NCBI RefSeq assembly: GCF_013362815.1
Contig: NZ_JABFVK010000027.1
Location: 7,140-71,139, forward strand
DNA from: Hamadaea sp.
Lineage (GTDB): Bacteria > Actinomycetota > Actinomycetes > Mycobacteriales > Micromonosporaceae
Length of the DNA stretch: 64,000 bases
Reading direction: 5' to 3'
Part shown: piece by piece, positions 43,068-52,900 of the stretch
How the letters are laid out: each line of letters begins with the position of its first letter
How positions within the stretch are numbered: the stretch's first letter is position 1
Translations under genes and position numbers: made by a program
The notes under the pieces: model-generated
What the model was told of the DNA's origin: nothing
Seen by the model: only the letters and a program-made list of their open reading frames with translations
The model's database searches: none

Positions 43068-43901
43068 TCAGACTCGCCGCCACAGTGCGGGCGTGTTCGG
43101 CGGCTCCCAGCCCGGCAGCGAGGTGTGCGCGATCTGGCAGACGTAGCTCAACCCGGCATAGGTGACCTGCGCGCCGAGGGCGTACGCCACATAAGGCGCC
43201 CACGTGCCGCCCGATGGCGGAGTCGGGCTGGGACTGGTGGTCTTCGTCGGAGTGGGCGACGGCGACGGCGGCGTGCCCTGGATGTTGAGGACGAAGTCGA
43301 AGGTGGCCTGCCGGCCCGAGCCGACGATCTGCACGTTCATCAGCAGGGCCGGATCGAAGATGGTGTCGGTCGAGTTGCGGGGCTCGTTCGGGAAGTACAG
43401 CTGAGTGGTCAGGATCGGCTTGCCCGGAGCCTGCACCTTCACGTGGATGTGCCGCGTACGCCCGGGGTACAGCCCCGGCACGATGCTGGTCAGGAAGTAC
43501 TTGCCCTGCGTGTCGGTGAGCTGATGACCCCGGAAGCGGGTGCCGACGTTGTCGTAGTTGCCGCCGTTGTCGCACTGCCAGAAGTCCAGCAGCGCCCCGG
43601 CAATGGGCTGGCAGGACAGCCCGACGACGTAGCCGGTCACCGTCAACGCCGTCCCCGGTCCGTCGGCGATCGACGTACGCAGCGGCGAACCCGGCTTGAA
43701 GTACGGGCCCTCGGTCTGCGGCGGCGTCAGGTCGTCGGCGTCGCAGTTCTCGGGCGTCGCCGCCAACGGCTGGCCGGACGGCGTACGGGCAAGAGCAGGC
43801 ACACTGGCCAGCAGTGGCACGGCGGGCACGATCATCGCCGCGCGGAGGATGGTCTTGCGGGACACACCGTTGGCCCGCTTCTCTTCTTCTCGGTCGCTCA
43901 T
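43068..43901 (-). CDS. Secreted (Tat-type signal) intradiol ring-cleavage dioxygenase fused to a C-terminal CBM5/12-like chitin-binding module
   Basis: Track ORF 43068..44102; start placed at ATG 43901. Motifs: SRKTILRAAMIVPAVPLLA, TEGPYF, LDFWQCDNGGNYD, YPGRTRHIHVKV. A Pro/Ser/Thr linker follows, then WAPYVAYALGAQVTYAGLSYVCQIAHTSLPGWEPPNTPALW. Confidence 0.7.
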   Translation of the reverse strand: MSDREEEKRANGVSRKTILRAAMIVPAVPLLASVPALARTPSGQPLAATPENCDADDLTPPQTEGPYFKPGSPLRTSIADGPGTALTVTGYVVGLSCQPIAGALLDFWQCDNGGNYDNVGTRFRGHQLTDTQGKYFLTSIVPGLYPGRTRHIHVKVQAPGKPILTTQLYFPNEPRNSTDTIFDPALLMNVQIVGSGRQATFDFVLNIQGTPPSPSPTPTKTTSPSPTPPSGGTWAPYVAYALGAQVTYAGLSYVCQIAHTSLPGWEPPNTPALWRRV

Positions 43902-43960
43902 GGCGACTCCTCTCTGGACGGACCGGGGACGGCGGCTGATGGCCACCGTCCCCGGGTGTT

Positions 43961-46324
43961 TCAGCAGGAACCCTGGTCGGACCAGACCGCCCAGGACCCG
44001 GGCGCGCCCGGCTCGGCGCCGGTCGACCACCAGGTCGACTTCCACCGGTGGCCGTTGTAGGACACGAGGTCGTCCGGTGCGTACGGCGTGGTGGCGCTCC
44101 ACGCGGGCAGGCCGCCACAGCCGCCGCCCCCACCACCGCTGACCGTCAACGTGAAGGTCGCGGTGTGCGTCGCCGACGTCCCGGTGCCGGTCACGGTCAG
44201 GTTGTAGGTGCCCGCCGTCGTCCCGGTCGCGACCGAGACCGTCAACGTGGAGCTGTTACCCGAGGTCACCGTGCTGGGGCTGACCGAGGCGGTCACCCCG
44301 GTCGGCGCGCCGGACACGGTCAGCGAGATCGACTGAGCGCTGCCCGACGTGGTGGTCGTCGAGATCTTCGGGCTGGTGGACTCGCCCGGTGCCACGGTGG
44401 CCGACGTCGGCGACAGGCTGACCGAGAAGTCGTCGCCGGTCGGCTGAGTCGTCACCGTCAGGGCGTACGAGGCGGTGTGCGTACCGCTCGCCGCACTGCC
44501 GGTGACCGTGACCGTCGCCGATCCGGTCGCCGCCGACGCGTTCGCCGTCAAGGTGAGCGTGCTCGAACCGCCGGAGGTGACGGTCGCCGGGCTGAACGTC
44601 GCGGTCACACCGGACGGCAGGCCGCTCGCCGACAGCGTCACGGTCTGGGCGTTTCCCGAGGTGGTGGCGGTCGCGACGGTCGTCGTGACGCTCGAACCCC
44701 GCTGGACGGTGCCGCCGGTCGGGCTGACGGACACCGAGAAGTCGTTGCCCGGCGCGACCGTGCACTGCGCCTCACCGGACTGGGCCGGCACGCTGACCGC
44801 GTCCCAGGCCGCCTTGACCGTGCGGCATTCCTGAGAGGACGCGCCGAACAGGTTGACCGCCGCGCGCAGCGTGGCGGTACGCACGTTGACGTAGCGCCAG
44901 CTCGACGTCTTCAGGTTCAGCGCGCCCATGTAGATCTGGCCGGCCTTCTGGATGCCGATGCCGGTGACGCTTCCGCCGTTGCAGGTCGGGCTCGACGGGT
45001 TGCCGCCGCTTCCGGCCGAGCCGATCGCGGTCAGGTAGAACCAGTGGTTGTTCGGCCCGGCCGCCGAGTGGACCTCGGTGTTCGGGATCGCCGACGAGTA
45101 GCAGTTCGGGTCGCCGAGTGCCTGCGGGTTGTACATGTTGCGGATCGGGCCCTGGCCGACGAGGTTGACCTCTTCGCCGACGAGGAAGTCCGGCGGGTCG
45201 TTCGGGTTGTTGGCGTATGCCTCGGTCAGCGCGCCGAAGATGTCCCCGGTGGACTCGTTGATGCCGCCGTTCTCGTTGCCGGAACCGGCGCCGCCCGGGG
45301 TGGTCTGGAAGATGGCGTGGCCGAACTCGTGCGCCACGACGTCGATCGAGGTCGCCTGTCCGGTGTTCGCCTGGTTGTGGCCGAAGCTGGTGTAGCTGCC
45401 GTTCCAGAACGCGTTGACGTCGTTCAGCCCGACGCGGGCGGGGTAACCGCCGCCGCTGCCGTTGATGCCGCTGCGGCCGAGCCAAGCGCCGAGCATGTCC
45501 CATTCGCGCTGCACGGCGTACAACGCGTCGACGCAGGCGGTCTCCAGGTTCGTCCCGCTTCCGTTGCCCCAGGAGTCGTCGGTGCCCGTGTACGCACCAC
45601 CGCTCTGGCCACCGCACTGGAGACCCGGCCGGGTGTTGTCGGTCATCGAGTAGGAGCCGCCGGAGCCGCTCGTGCCCAGGGTCACCTGGCCGTTGTAGTA
45701 GCCGTTGCCGGAGCCTTCACGGACGTCGTCGCGCAGGTCGAGGACGTGCGCGTCGGCGGCGTCCACCACGACGTGCAGACGGCTCGGCGCGTTGGCGCGT
45801 ACGCCTTCCAGCACGACCTCGTAGGCGAGCTTGTCACCACCGGGGGTGGCGAAGACGACCAGCTGAGGCGCGCCGGCCCGCTCGATCCGGCTGAGCTGCT
45901 TGCGGGCGACCGAAGCAGCCTTGGCCGCCGAAACCTTCGGCGTGACCGACGTGAGGCGTACGCCCCGGCCGAGCGCCGAAACGGTGTCCCGCACGGTGCC
46001 GGCTTTGTCGGTCACGACGACGGCGTCGCCGCCGAGCACCGGCAGACCGCGGAAGGTGCGTTCGTACGCGACGTACTGGAAGCCGCCGGAACCGGCGACG
46101 ACGTCTCGGCGTACGAATGCTTCGTTGGGGCCTTTCGCCAGCGCGTCGACGCCGCCGTCGGCGATCCGGTCGGCGGCGGCTGCGGCCAGCGCGGCCGGAT
46201 TGGCCGCCGGAGCGGGTGGGGCGTCCGGTCTGGCGCTGGCGAGCGAGACGCCCGGCATCACCAAGGCCAGACCCGCCACCGCGGCGCTGGCCGCGATGGT
46301 GATCCGAAGTCGGATGGGCTTCAC
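43961..46324 (-). CDS. Secreted M4 (thermolysin-family) metalloprotease with two Ig-like repeats and a C-terminal CBM5/12-like module
   Basis: Signal peptide and FTP/PepSY-like propeptide, zinc motif VVAHEFGHAIF, and GGINESTGDIFG. Two units of about 95 aa (DFSVSVSPTGG.. / DFSVSLSPTSA..) are followed by the tail GLPAWSATTPYAPDDLVSYNGHRWKSTWWSTGAEPG. Confidence 0.85.
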   Translation of the reverse strand: MKPIRLRITIAASAAVAGLALVMPGVSLASARPDAPPAPAANPAALAAAAADRIADGGVDALAKGPNEAFVRRDVVAGSGGFQYVAYERTFRGLPVLGGDAVVVTDKAGTVRDTVSALGRGVRLTSVTPKVSAAKAASVARKQLSRIERAGAPQLVVFATPGGDKLAYEVVLEGVRANAPSRLHVVVDAADAHVLDLRDDVREGSGNGYYNGQVTLGTSGSGGSYSMTDNTRPGLQCGGQSGGAYTGTDDSWGNGSGTNLETACVDALYAVQREWDMLGAWLGRSGINGSGGGYPARVGLNDVNAFWNGSYTSFGHNQANTGQATSIDVVAHEFGHAIFQTTPGGAGSGNENGGINESTGDIFGALTEAYANNPNDPPDFLVGEEVNLVGQGPIRNMYNPQALGDPNCYSSAIPNTEVHSAAGPNNHWFYLTAIGSAGSGGNPSSPTCNGGSVTGIGIQKAGQIYMGALNLKTSSWRYVNVRTATLRAAVNLFGASSQECRTVKAAWDAVSVPAQSGEAQCTVAPGNDFSVSVSPTGGTVQRGSSVTTTVATATTSGNAQTVTLSASGLPSGVTATFSPATVTSGGSSTLTLTANASAATGSATVTVTGSAASGTHTASYALTVTTQPTGDDFSVSLSPTSATVAPGESTSPKISTTTTSGSAQSISLTVSGAPTGVTASVSPSTVTSGNSSTLTVSVATGTTAGTYNLTVTGTGTSATHTATFTLTVSGGGGGGCGGLPAWSATTPYAPDDLVSYNGHRWKSTWWSTGAEPGAPGSWAVWSDQGSC

Positions 46325-46444
46325 GGGGTTGTTCTCCTTCTCGGGGGTTCTGGAGGGTTCTCCAGGGTGGGGAGGGAAGGCGCCGGCCTGGGCGCTGGTG
46401 GACGCCCAGGCCGGCAGGGGAGGAAACCGTGAGGTCTGTGTTTT

Positions 46445-47794
46445 TCAGCAGGAGCCGCGGTCGGCCCAGGCGGCCCAGGAGCCGGGCGCGCCCGGTTCGG
46501 CGCCGGTGGACCACCAGGTGGACTCCCAGCGGTGGCCGTTGTAGGAGACGTCGTCGCCGGGGGCGTACGCCGTGCTGGAGCTCCAGGCGGGCAGGCCGCC
46601 GCAGCCCTGGGGCGGGCCGCTGGTGGGGCCGGTGGTCGGCGACGTCGTCGGGGGAGTCGTGCCGCTGACCGTCAGCGTGAGCCCGTACGCCTGCAGGATC
46701 TCGTTGACCGGCTGGAAGTAGGTGGTGCCGCCGGAGGTGCAGTCGCCCGAACCGCCGGAGGTGACGCCCTGTGCCTGGTCACCGGCGATGAGCGAGCCGC
46801 CGGAGTCGCCGGGTTCGGCGCAGACGTTGGTGCGGATCAGGCCGGACACCGTGCCCTGGGAGTAGGTCACGGAGGCGTTGAGGGCGTTGATGGTGCCGCA
46901 GTGCCAGCCGGTCGTGGACCCCGACCGGCAGACCGTCGCGCCGACCCCGGCCGCCTGCGATCCGGCTACCGGCACGGTGCCGGGGTACCGGTTGACCAGC
47001 GCCCGGGAGGTGTTTCCCGCTGCGGTACGCACGAAGGAGTAGTCGTTGCCGGGGAAGCTCGATCCGGCGAACGTGCCGCTGGGCTGCGTCGTCGTGGCGC
47101 CGGTCGTCCCGCAGTGGCCGGCCGACACGAAGCCGCCGGTGACGGCGAATCCGACCGAGCATCGGGTGCCCGCGCCGATGTAGTACGCGTTGCCGCCGAT
47201 GACGTCGATCAGTGGGCGCGGTTGCTCCACACTGGACTCGAACCGTACGCCGTCCGCCGCCACACCGCTCGTCGCCGCCCAGACCCGGGCCGCGGCGAGA
47301 CCGCCGTCGCGGTAGAGGACGACGACGCGGTTCGACCGCACGTCGGCGTACCAGCCGGGAACCTGCCGAGGCGCGGACGCCGCGTGGCCGGTGAGCCGCC
47401 CGGTGTCGGCGAGGAGCCGGTCCTCGCTGCGGTCGACCTTGACCGGGACCGCGCCGGCCCCGCGAACGCGTGCGCTGTCGGCGGTGTTCGTCACCCCGAC
47501 CGTCAGCGCCGAGGCGTCCTCGTTGAGGTACGCGCCGCCGAACCGATCGGCGAGGTCGTGACGCAGGCGCTCTTCCGTACGCGCGAACGCCGCCTGCCGG
47601 CCGAGCCGGGCGAGCGCCTGATCGGGAGTGACGCCCAGGGTGCGGGCCAGCTCCTCGACCATGCCCCGATCGGCGGCGACCGGGACGGTGGCGGGCGCAC
47701 CCGAACCGGCGGAAGCCGTCGACGTGATCACCATCGCGGCGACTACCGCCGCCGTGGCGATCAGACAAGTTGTCAGCTTTGATCTGTTGACCAT
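46445..47794 (-). CDS. Secreted S1E (streptogrisin / alpha-lytic protease family) serine protease with a C-terminal CBM5/12-like module
   Basis: Pre-pro region, then CSVGFAVTGGFVSAGHCG (His), CAEPGDSGGSL (Ser), a Thr/Pro linker, and GLPAWSSSTAYAPGDDVSYNGHRWESTWWSTGAEPG. Confidence 0.85.
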   Translation of the reverse strand: MVNRSKLTTCLIATAAVVAAMVITSTASAGSGAPATVPVAADRGMVEELARTLGVTPDQALARLGRQAAFARTEERLRHDLADRFGGAYLNEDASALTVGVTNTADSARVRGAGAVPVKVDRSEDRLLADTGRLTGHAASAPRQVPGWYADVRSNRVVVLYRDGGLAAARVWAATSGVAADGVRFESSVEQPRPLIDVIGGNAYYIGAGTRCSVGFAVTGGFVSAGHCGTTGATTTQPSGTFAGSSFPGNDYSFVRTAAGNTSRALVNRYPGTVPVAGSQAAGVGATVCRSGSTTGWHCGTINALNASVTYSQGTVSGLIRTNVCAEPGDSGGSLIAGDQAQGVTSGGSGDCTSGGTTYFQPVNEILQAYGLTLTVSGTTPPTTSPTTGPTSGPPQGCGGLPAWSSSTAYAPGDDVSYNGHRWESTWWSTGAEPGAPGSWAAWADRGSC

Positions 47795-47877
47795 TCCTGG
47801 AATCTAGGAACGAAACTGATAACTTTATATTTCCAAATAGGTTATATTCTTAACGGTAAGGCTGGGTGATCATCCGC

Positions 47878-47932
47878 CACTGTGACGCTGCGCAGGTATC
47901 AGCGTGGCGGAGACCTGCGCAGCGTCACAGTG
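47878..47932 (-). terminator. Perfect 20-bp-stem hairpin after the GH16 gene
   Basis: CACTGTGACGCTGCGCAGGT (47878-47897) and ACCTGCGCAGCGTCACAGTG (47913-47932) with a 15-nt loop, 15 nt beyond the stop at 47947. It is followed by an AT-rich stretch (47800-47860), which is probably the protease promoter. Confidence 0.6.
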
Positions 47933-47946
47933 AGGGTGTGCAGCTG

Positions 47947-49668
47947 TCAGGACAGGGCGAACTTCTGGGCCGCGGAGCCGTTGCAGTCCCAGATCTGCAG
48001 CCGGGTCCCGTTCGCCGTGGCACCGCTGGGCGAGTCCAGGCACCGGCCCGATTGCGGATTACGCAACGACCCGTCCGCCTGCTGCTGCCACACCTGCGCC
48101 CCGGTGCCGTTGCAGTCGTACAACTGCACCTGAACACCGTTGCCCGTGCCCCCGGCGACCACATCCAGACACCGGCCCAACGTGCGTACCCCACCGTTGG
48201 CCAGCCGATACCAATGCTGATCCACCGCACCGGCCTGACAATCCCACAACTGCACCGCGGCGTTGTTCACCCCGATGTCATCCCCGGCCACATCCACACA
48301 CTTGCCACCCGGGCCCACCACCGGCCCACCACCGTCGACCGAGAACTTCTGCGCCGCACTGCCGTTGCAATCCCAGATCTGCAACCGGGTCCCGTTCGCC
48401 GTCGAGCCACTGGGCGAGTCCAGACACCGGCCCGACTGCGGATTACGCAACGACCCGTCCGCCTGCTGCACCCACTTCTGCCCGCCGACACCGTTGCAAT
48501 CCCACAACTGCACCTGAACACCCTGCCCGGTCCCGTTGCCCACGATGTCCAAGCACCGGCCCAACGTCGACAACGACAAATCCGCGTTGTGCCGCCAATG
48601 CTGATCCACCGCAGACCCCTGGCAGTCCCACAGATCCACCGCCGTACCCGCACCACCGTTGTCATCACCGATCACGTCCACACACTTGCCACCCGGACCC
48701 GTGACCGTCCCCGACGCCGCCGGAATCGAACCACCGCCACCGGTGCTCGTCGCGTACGCCGCGACGTAGTCGACGATCATCGGCACGCCCGACTGGGTGG
48801 CGGCCGTCGGCCCACCGCCGAACGCGGCCGGGAAGGAACCGCCGATCGCCACGTTGAGGATCATGAAGAATCCGTGATGCGTGGCGTTGTTCCAGGTAGT
48901 GGCGTCGACCTGGTTCGAGTAGACGGTGAAGAAGTTGTTCCCGTCGAGATACCAGCGGATCTGTTCGGGTGACACGCTGCGGTCGAGCTCCATGGCGTAC
49001 GTGTGGAAGCCGGTCTGGCAGCCGCCGCAGGCCCGCTCGCCGCTGCCCAGGCCGGTGTACTCGTTGCACGGGCCACCCGGCGCGACACCACAGTGGAGGG
49101 TCGCGAACTCCGAGCTGCGGCCGTTGATGTCCTCCATGAGGTCGATCTCGCCGATGCCCGGCCAGCCCGTCGCGCCGGTCCCGCGGGCGGCCGCGCCGAG
49201 GGACCAGAACGCGGGCCAGTACCCGGCCGCGGCCGCGCCACTGACGTTGGGCTGCTGAAGCGACGCCTCGAAGCGCAGCTTGCCACCGGCCGGAGCGGCG
49301 AAGTCGGTACGCTGGGTCTCGATCCGGCCGCTGGTCCAGTTGCCCGCGCCGTCGCGGATCGGCTTGATGACGAGGTGGCCCGCGCCGTCCTGGTAGACGT
49401 TCTGCGTGCTGTTCGTCATGTACTCGATCTCGCCGGTGCCCCAGTTGGCCGCGCCGCCCGGGTAGCCGGTGCCGATGTCATAGAGCCAGTTCGCCGTGTT
49501 GACGCCGGTGTTGGCGCCGCCGCCGAAGTCGTCGGCGAACAGCTGGGTCCAGCCGGCGGGCGCCGGGGGAGCAGCCGTCGCGGTACCGGCCGAACTCGCG
49601 ACGAGACTCGCGGCGGCCAGCGCGAGGACGGCCGCGCCGGCCCGTGCGCGAGAAACCTGTGTGGCCAT
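47947..49668 (-). CDS. Secreted GH16 beta-1,3-glucanase (laminarinase-type) with two C-terminal ricin-B (CBM13) modules
   Basis: Track ORF 47947..49722; start placed at ATG 49668 (GAGAGG upstream). Catalytic motif GEIDLMED. Two units of about 128 aa carry QHW / QLW / QKW / QKF repeats. Confidence 0.85.
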   Translation of the reverse strand: MATQVSRARAGAAVLALAAASLVASSAGTATAAPPAPAGWTQLFADDFGGGANTGVNTANWLYDIGTGYPGGAANWGTGEIEYMTNSTQNVYQDGAGHLVIKPIRDGAGNWTSGRIETQRTDFAAPAGGKLRFEASLQQPNVSGAAAAGYWPAFWSLGAAARGTGATGWPGIGEIDLMEDINGRSSEFATLHCGVAPGGPCNEYTGLGSGERACGGCQTGFHTYAMELDRSVSPEQIRWYLDGNNFFTVYSNQVDATTWNNATHHGFFMILNVAIGGSFPAAFGGGPTAATQSGVPMIVDYVAAYATSTGGGGSIPAASGTVTGPGGKCVDVIGDDNGGAGTAVDLWDCQGSAVDQHWRHNADLSLSTLGRCLDIVGNGTGQGVQVQLWDCNGVGGQKWVQQADGSLRNPQSGRCLDSPSGSTANGTRLQIWDCNGSAAQKFSVDGGGPVVGPGGKCVDVAGDDIGVNNAAVQLWDCQAGAVDQHWYRLANGGVRTLGRCLDVVAGGTGNGVQVQLYDCNGTGAQVWQQQADGSLRNPQSGRCLDSPSGATANGTRLQIWDCNGSAAQKFALS

Positions 49669-49923
49669 GAAGGCGCCTCTCTGAAGTGTAGGGACGGGGC
49701 GTGAGAGCGCTCTCACGGGCATCGTGCCGCACTGAAAAGAGACTTGTCAATACACGGCTGACCTAGGCCCTCCCATGGGATGTGCCGTCCCGTGTCGGAT
49801 GCGCGATTTCGCCCGCAGGCCCATGGACAGCGCCGAGCGACCCCGTACGCCGTCCCCCCATCAGGGGCCTGAGCCGAGCGTCCGGGCGTACCGCCGTCCT
49901 CAAAGGAGTTCCACACTCGGGGC

Positions 49924-52900
49924 ATGATGCGAGCGGCGGCTCTCTGGCTGGTCCAGCGAATCTTCCCGATCATGGCGACCTTGCTGGTCGGTGTGACGGC
50001 TCTGCTGTGGCTGCCGTTCTGGCTGGATCTCCTGCGGCTGGTGTTCCCCGCCCGGGGCATCGGCCTGGTGCTGGACTGGGTGAGCGATCTCGGCCCGATC
50101 GGGCTGGCCGCCGGAACCTTCGTCCAGCTGGAGCGTTGGCGCCGAGCGTACGACCGGCGGCAGGCCCTGGCGGTCCAGCCGGATGTTCAGTCGACCGTCG
50201 AGCGCCCCGACGAGTTGGAGGCGATCGTTGCGGGAGTCGTCGGCCCGTCGCCCAGCGGGAAGGTCGCGACCACCGTCGGTCTGACCACCGGCGTACACGG
50301 GGCGGGTGGCTTCGGGAAGACGACATTGGCCCGGATGGTGTGCGCCGACCCACGCATCCGTACGCGGTTCGCCGGGAACGTCACGTGGGTGACGTTGGGC
50401 CGCGACGTCGTCGGCAACGCCGACCTCGCCGCGAAGGTGAACGAAGTCATCGTCCAGGTCGGACCGCCCGACGTGGTCGCCGCCTCGACCGATGCGGCCG
50501 AGGCCGGTCGGCATCTGGCCGCCGTTCTGTCGCAGGGCCCACCGCGACTGCTGGTGATCGACGACGTGTGGCGGCTGCGTCAGCTCGAACCGTTCTTGTT
50601 GGGCGCCAAGCACTGCGTACGCCTCGTGACGACGCGTAACCAGGAACTCCTCGTCGGGCGGGGACTGTCGGTCAAGGTCGACCAGATGACCGACGGACAG
50701 GCCCGGCGGCTGCTGACCACCGGTCTGACCGCCCCCATCGAGGCGCAGGTCGCGGATGGCCTGCTCGACGCGACCGGCCGTTGGGCGCTGCTCCTCAGTC
50801 TGGTCAACCGCATCCTGGCCAGCGCCGAACAGACCGGCGTACGCGATCTTTCGGCGTATGCGTCGGAACTCCTCGCGCGGATCGAGACGCGCGGACCCGC
50901 AGCAGTCGACGCGATCGGCGACCGAGGACGCGGCCTGGACGTGACCGATTCGCGGCAGCGGGCGGAGGCGGTGCAGGCGACCGTGACCGCGAGCACCGGG
51001 TTGCTGGAACCCGACGAGCTGGTGCGCCTGCGCGAATTGACGATCTTCGCCGAGGACGAGGCGATTCCGCTGGACCTCATCGGACGGTTGTGGGCGGCGA
51101 CCGCGGGTCTGGCCGAAATGGACACCCGAGCACTGTGCCGCCGCCTGTCCGGGCTCGGGCTGATCACGCTGGCCCCCGACGACGGTGGGCGGGTGGGACT
51201 GCACGACGTGCTCCGCGATTATCTGCGCCAGTCCATTCCCGCGGTGGATCTGCCCGCCCTGCACGAGCGTCTCCTGGAGATCGTCTCCGCCGACCTGCCT
51301 GCGCTGGACGGCGAAATCCCCTGGTGGCGGCTCGAAACGCAACACCGCTACCTGTGGGATCACGTGGTCGAGCACGTGCGTGGGGCGTCGGGACCCGAAG
51401 CGGCCGAGCGGCTGGCGACCGATCTGCGCTGGGCGACCGCGCGTCTGTTGCGGTCCGGCCCGGAGGCGCCGCAGGCGGATCTCGTCATGGCGGGCACGCC
51501 GCGTGCGCTCCGGATGCGCGAGGTGTGGGGGCACAACACGCACGTTCTCGCGCCGACCAAGCCGCCGGAGTCCGTCACCGACATTCTCATCGCGGTTCTC
51601 GCGGGCGACCCCGACTGGGCGAGCCAGGCCGCGATCCTCCGGGTGGGCGAGGACTCCCGGCCGAGGCTGCGACTGCGCGATCCGTTCCCGCCCGCCCCGT
51701 TCGGCCTGCGGTTCGCGCTGGCCGGTCCGGGCCCCATGGTGTACGCGTTGGGCAGCGCACCGGACGGTAAGTGGTTGGCGGCCGCCCGAGGCGCGGTCGT
51801 GTCCATCTGGGACTCCGAGACGGGGCTGGAGCGTGGTGCGTTCAAGTACGACAGCTGGTTCTTGACGCCGATCCGGATCGGTCCCGATGGCACCTGGCTC
51901 GCCGCCGCGTACGCCGACAATCCGGCGCGAATCTGGGACGTCGCGACCGGACAGGTGACCTTGGAGTACACCGGGCACAAGGCACGAATCTCGGAGATGG
52001 TCGTCGACCCGCGCGGGCGTTGGGTGGCGACCGTGGACCACCAGGGGCTGCTACGAGCCTGGGACCACGAGAAGGGCACCAACCTCCTACGGGCGTCGGG
52101 AGTCACCACGCTGGCGACCATGCCGGACGGGCGGCTGGTCTACGGCGGTATGAACGGCGAGATCAGGCACTCGGGCGTACCGTTCACGTGGCAGCAGCCG
52201 TTGTTCCGTGGGCACTCCGGCGCCATCTCGCAGATCACAGTCGCTCCAGACGGAACCTGGTTCGCCAGCATCGGCAGCGACGAGACGGTACGCATCTGGG
52301 ACGTGGCGACCACCAGCGAACGCGCGCGGATCACCGTCTGGGCGTCGACGGTCGCTGCCTCGCCCGACAGTCGCACGCTCTACATCGGGGCCTCGCTGGA
52401 GGGCGGGCTGAAGAGCTACGACGCAAGCACCGGGGAGCTGCTCCAGACCTTCACCGGCCACAGTGGAGCGATCTACGTAATCGAGTTCGCCCCGGACGAC
52501 AGCTGGTTCGTTTCGGCCGCTGACGACGGCACCCTCCGGTTCTGGGATCGCGACACGGGTCGGCCGCGGGGAATCCTGCCGGGACATTCCCGGTGGGTCG
52601 GCGACGTCGTCGTCGGTCCGGACTGGCTCGCCAGCTCCAGTGTGGACGGCACCGTACGCGTCTGGGACCCCGCCGCGGTGCGGGCTCCGGATGCCGAGCC
52701 GGTGCACGCCGTCGCGACGGCGGCGGTGTCACCCGACGGGCGTACGGCGATGCTGGGCACTCACTCCGGTCGCACCGTGACTGTCTATGACCTCGATGAC
52801 TTGGGCGAGTCGACCCGCGAGCTCGGCCGGCCCGAGGCGCTGGCGATCTCCGACGGTGCGACGCTGACCGTGCACACCGAATTCGGCAAGAAGGGGCTGT

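Noticed and set aside
44048-46432. 794-aa plus-strand ORF opposite the M4 protease gene
   Set aside because: This is an antisense shadow ORF. The minus-strand frame carries HEFGH, a signal peptide and a CBM module.
49900-52041. 713-aa minus-strand ORF opposite the STAND NTPase gene
   Set aside because: This is an Arg/Gly/Pro-rich antisense frame. The plus-strand frame carries Walker A/B motifs and WD40 repeats.
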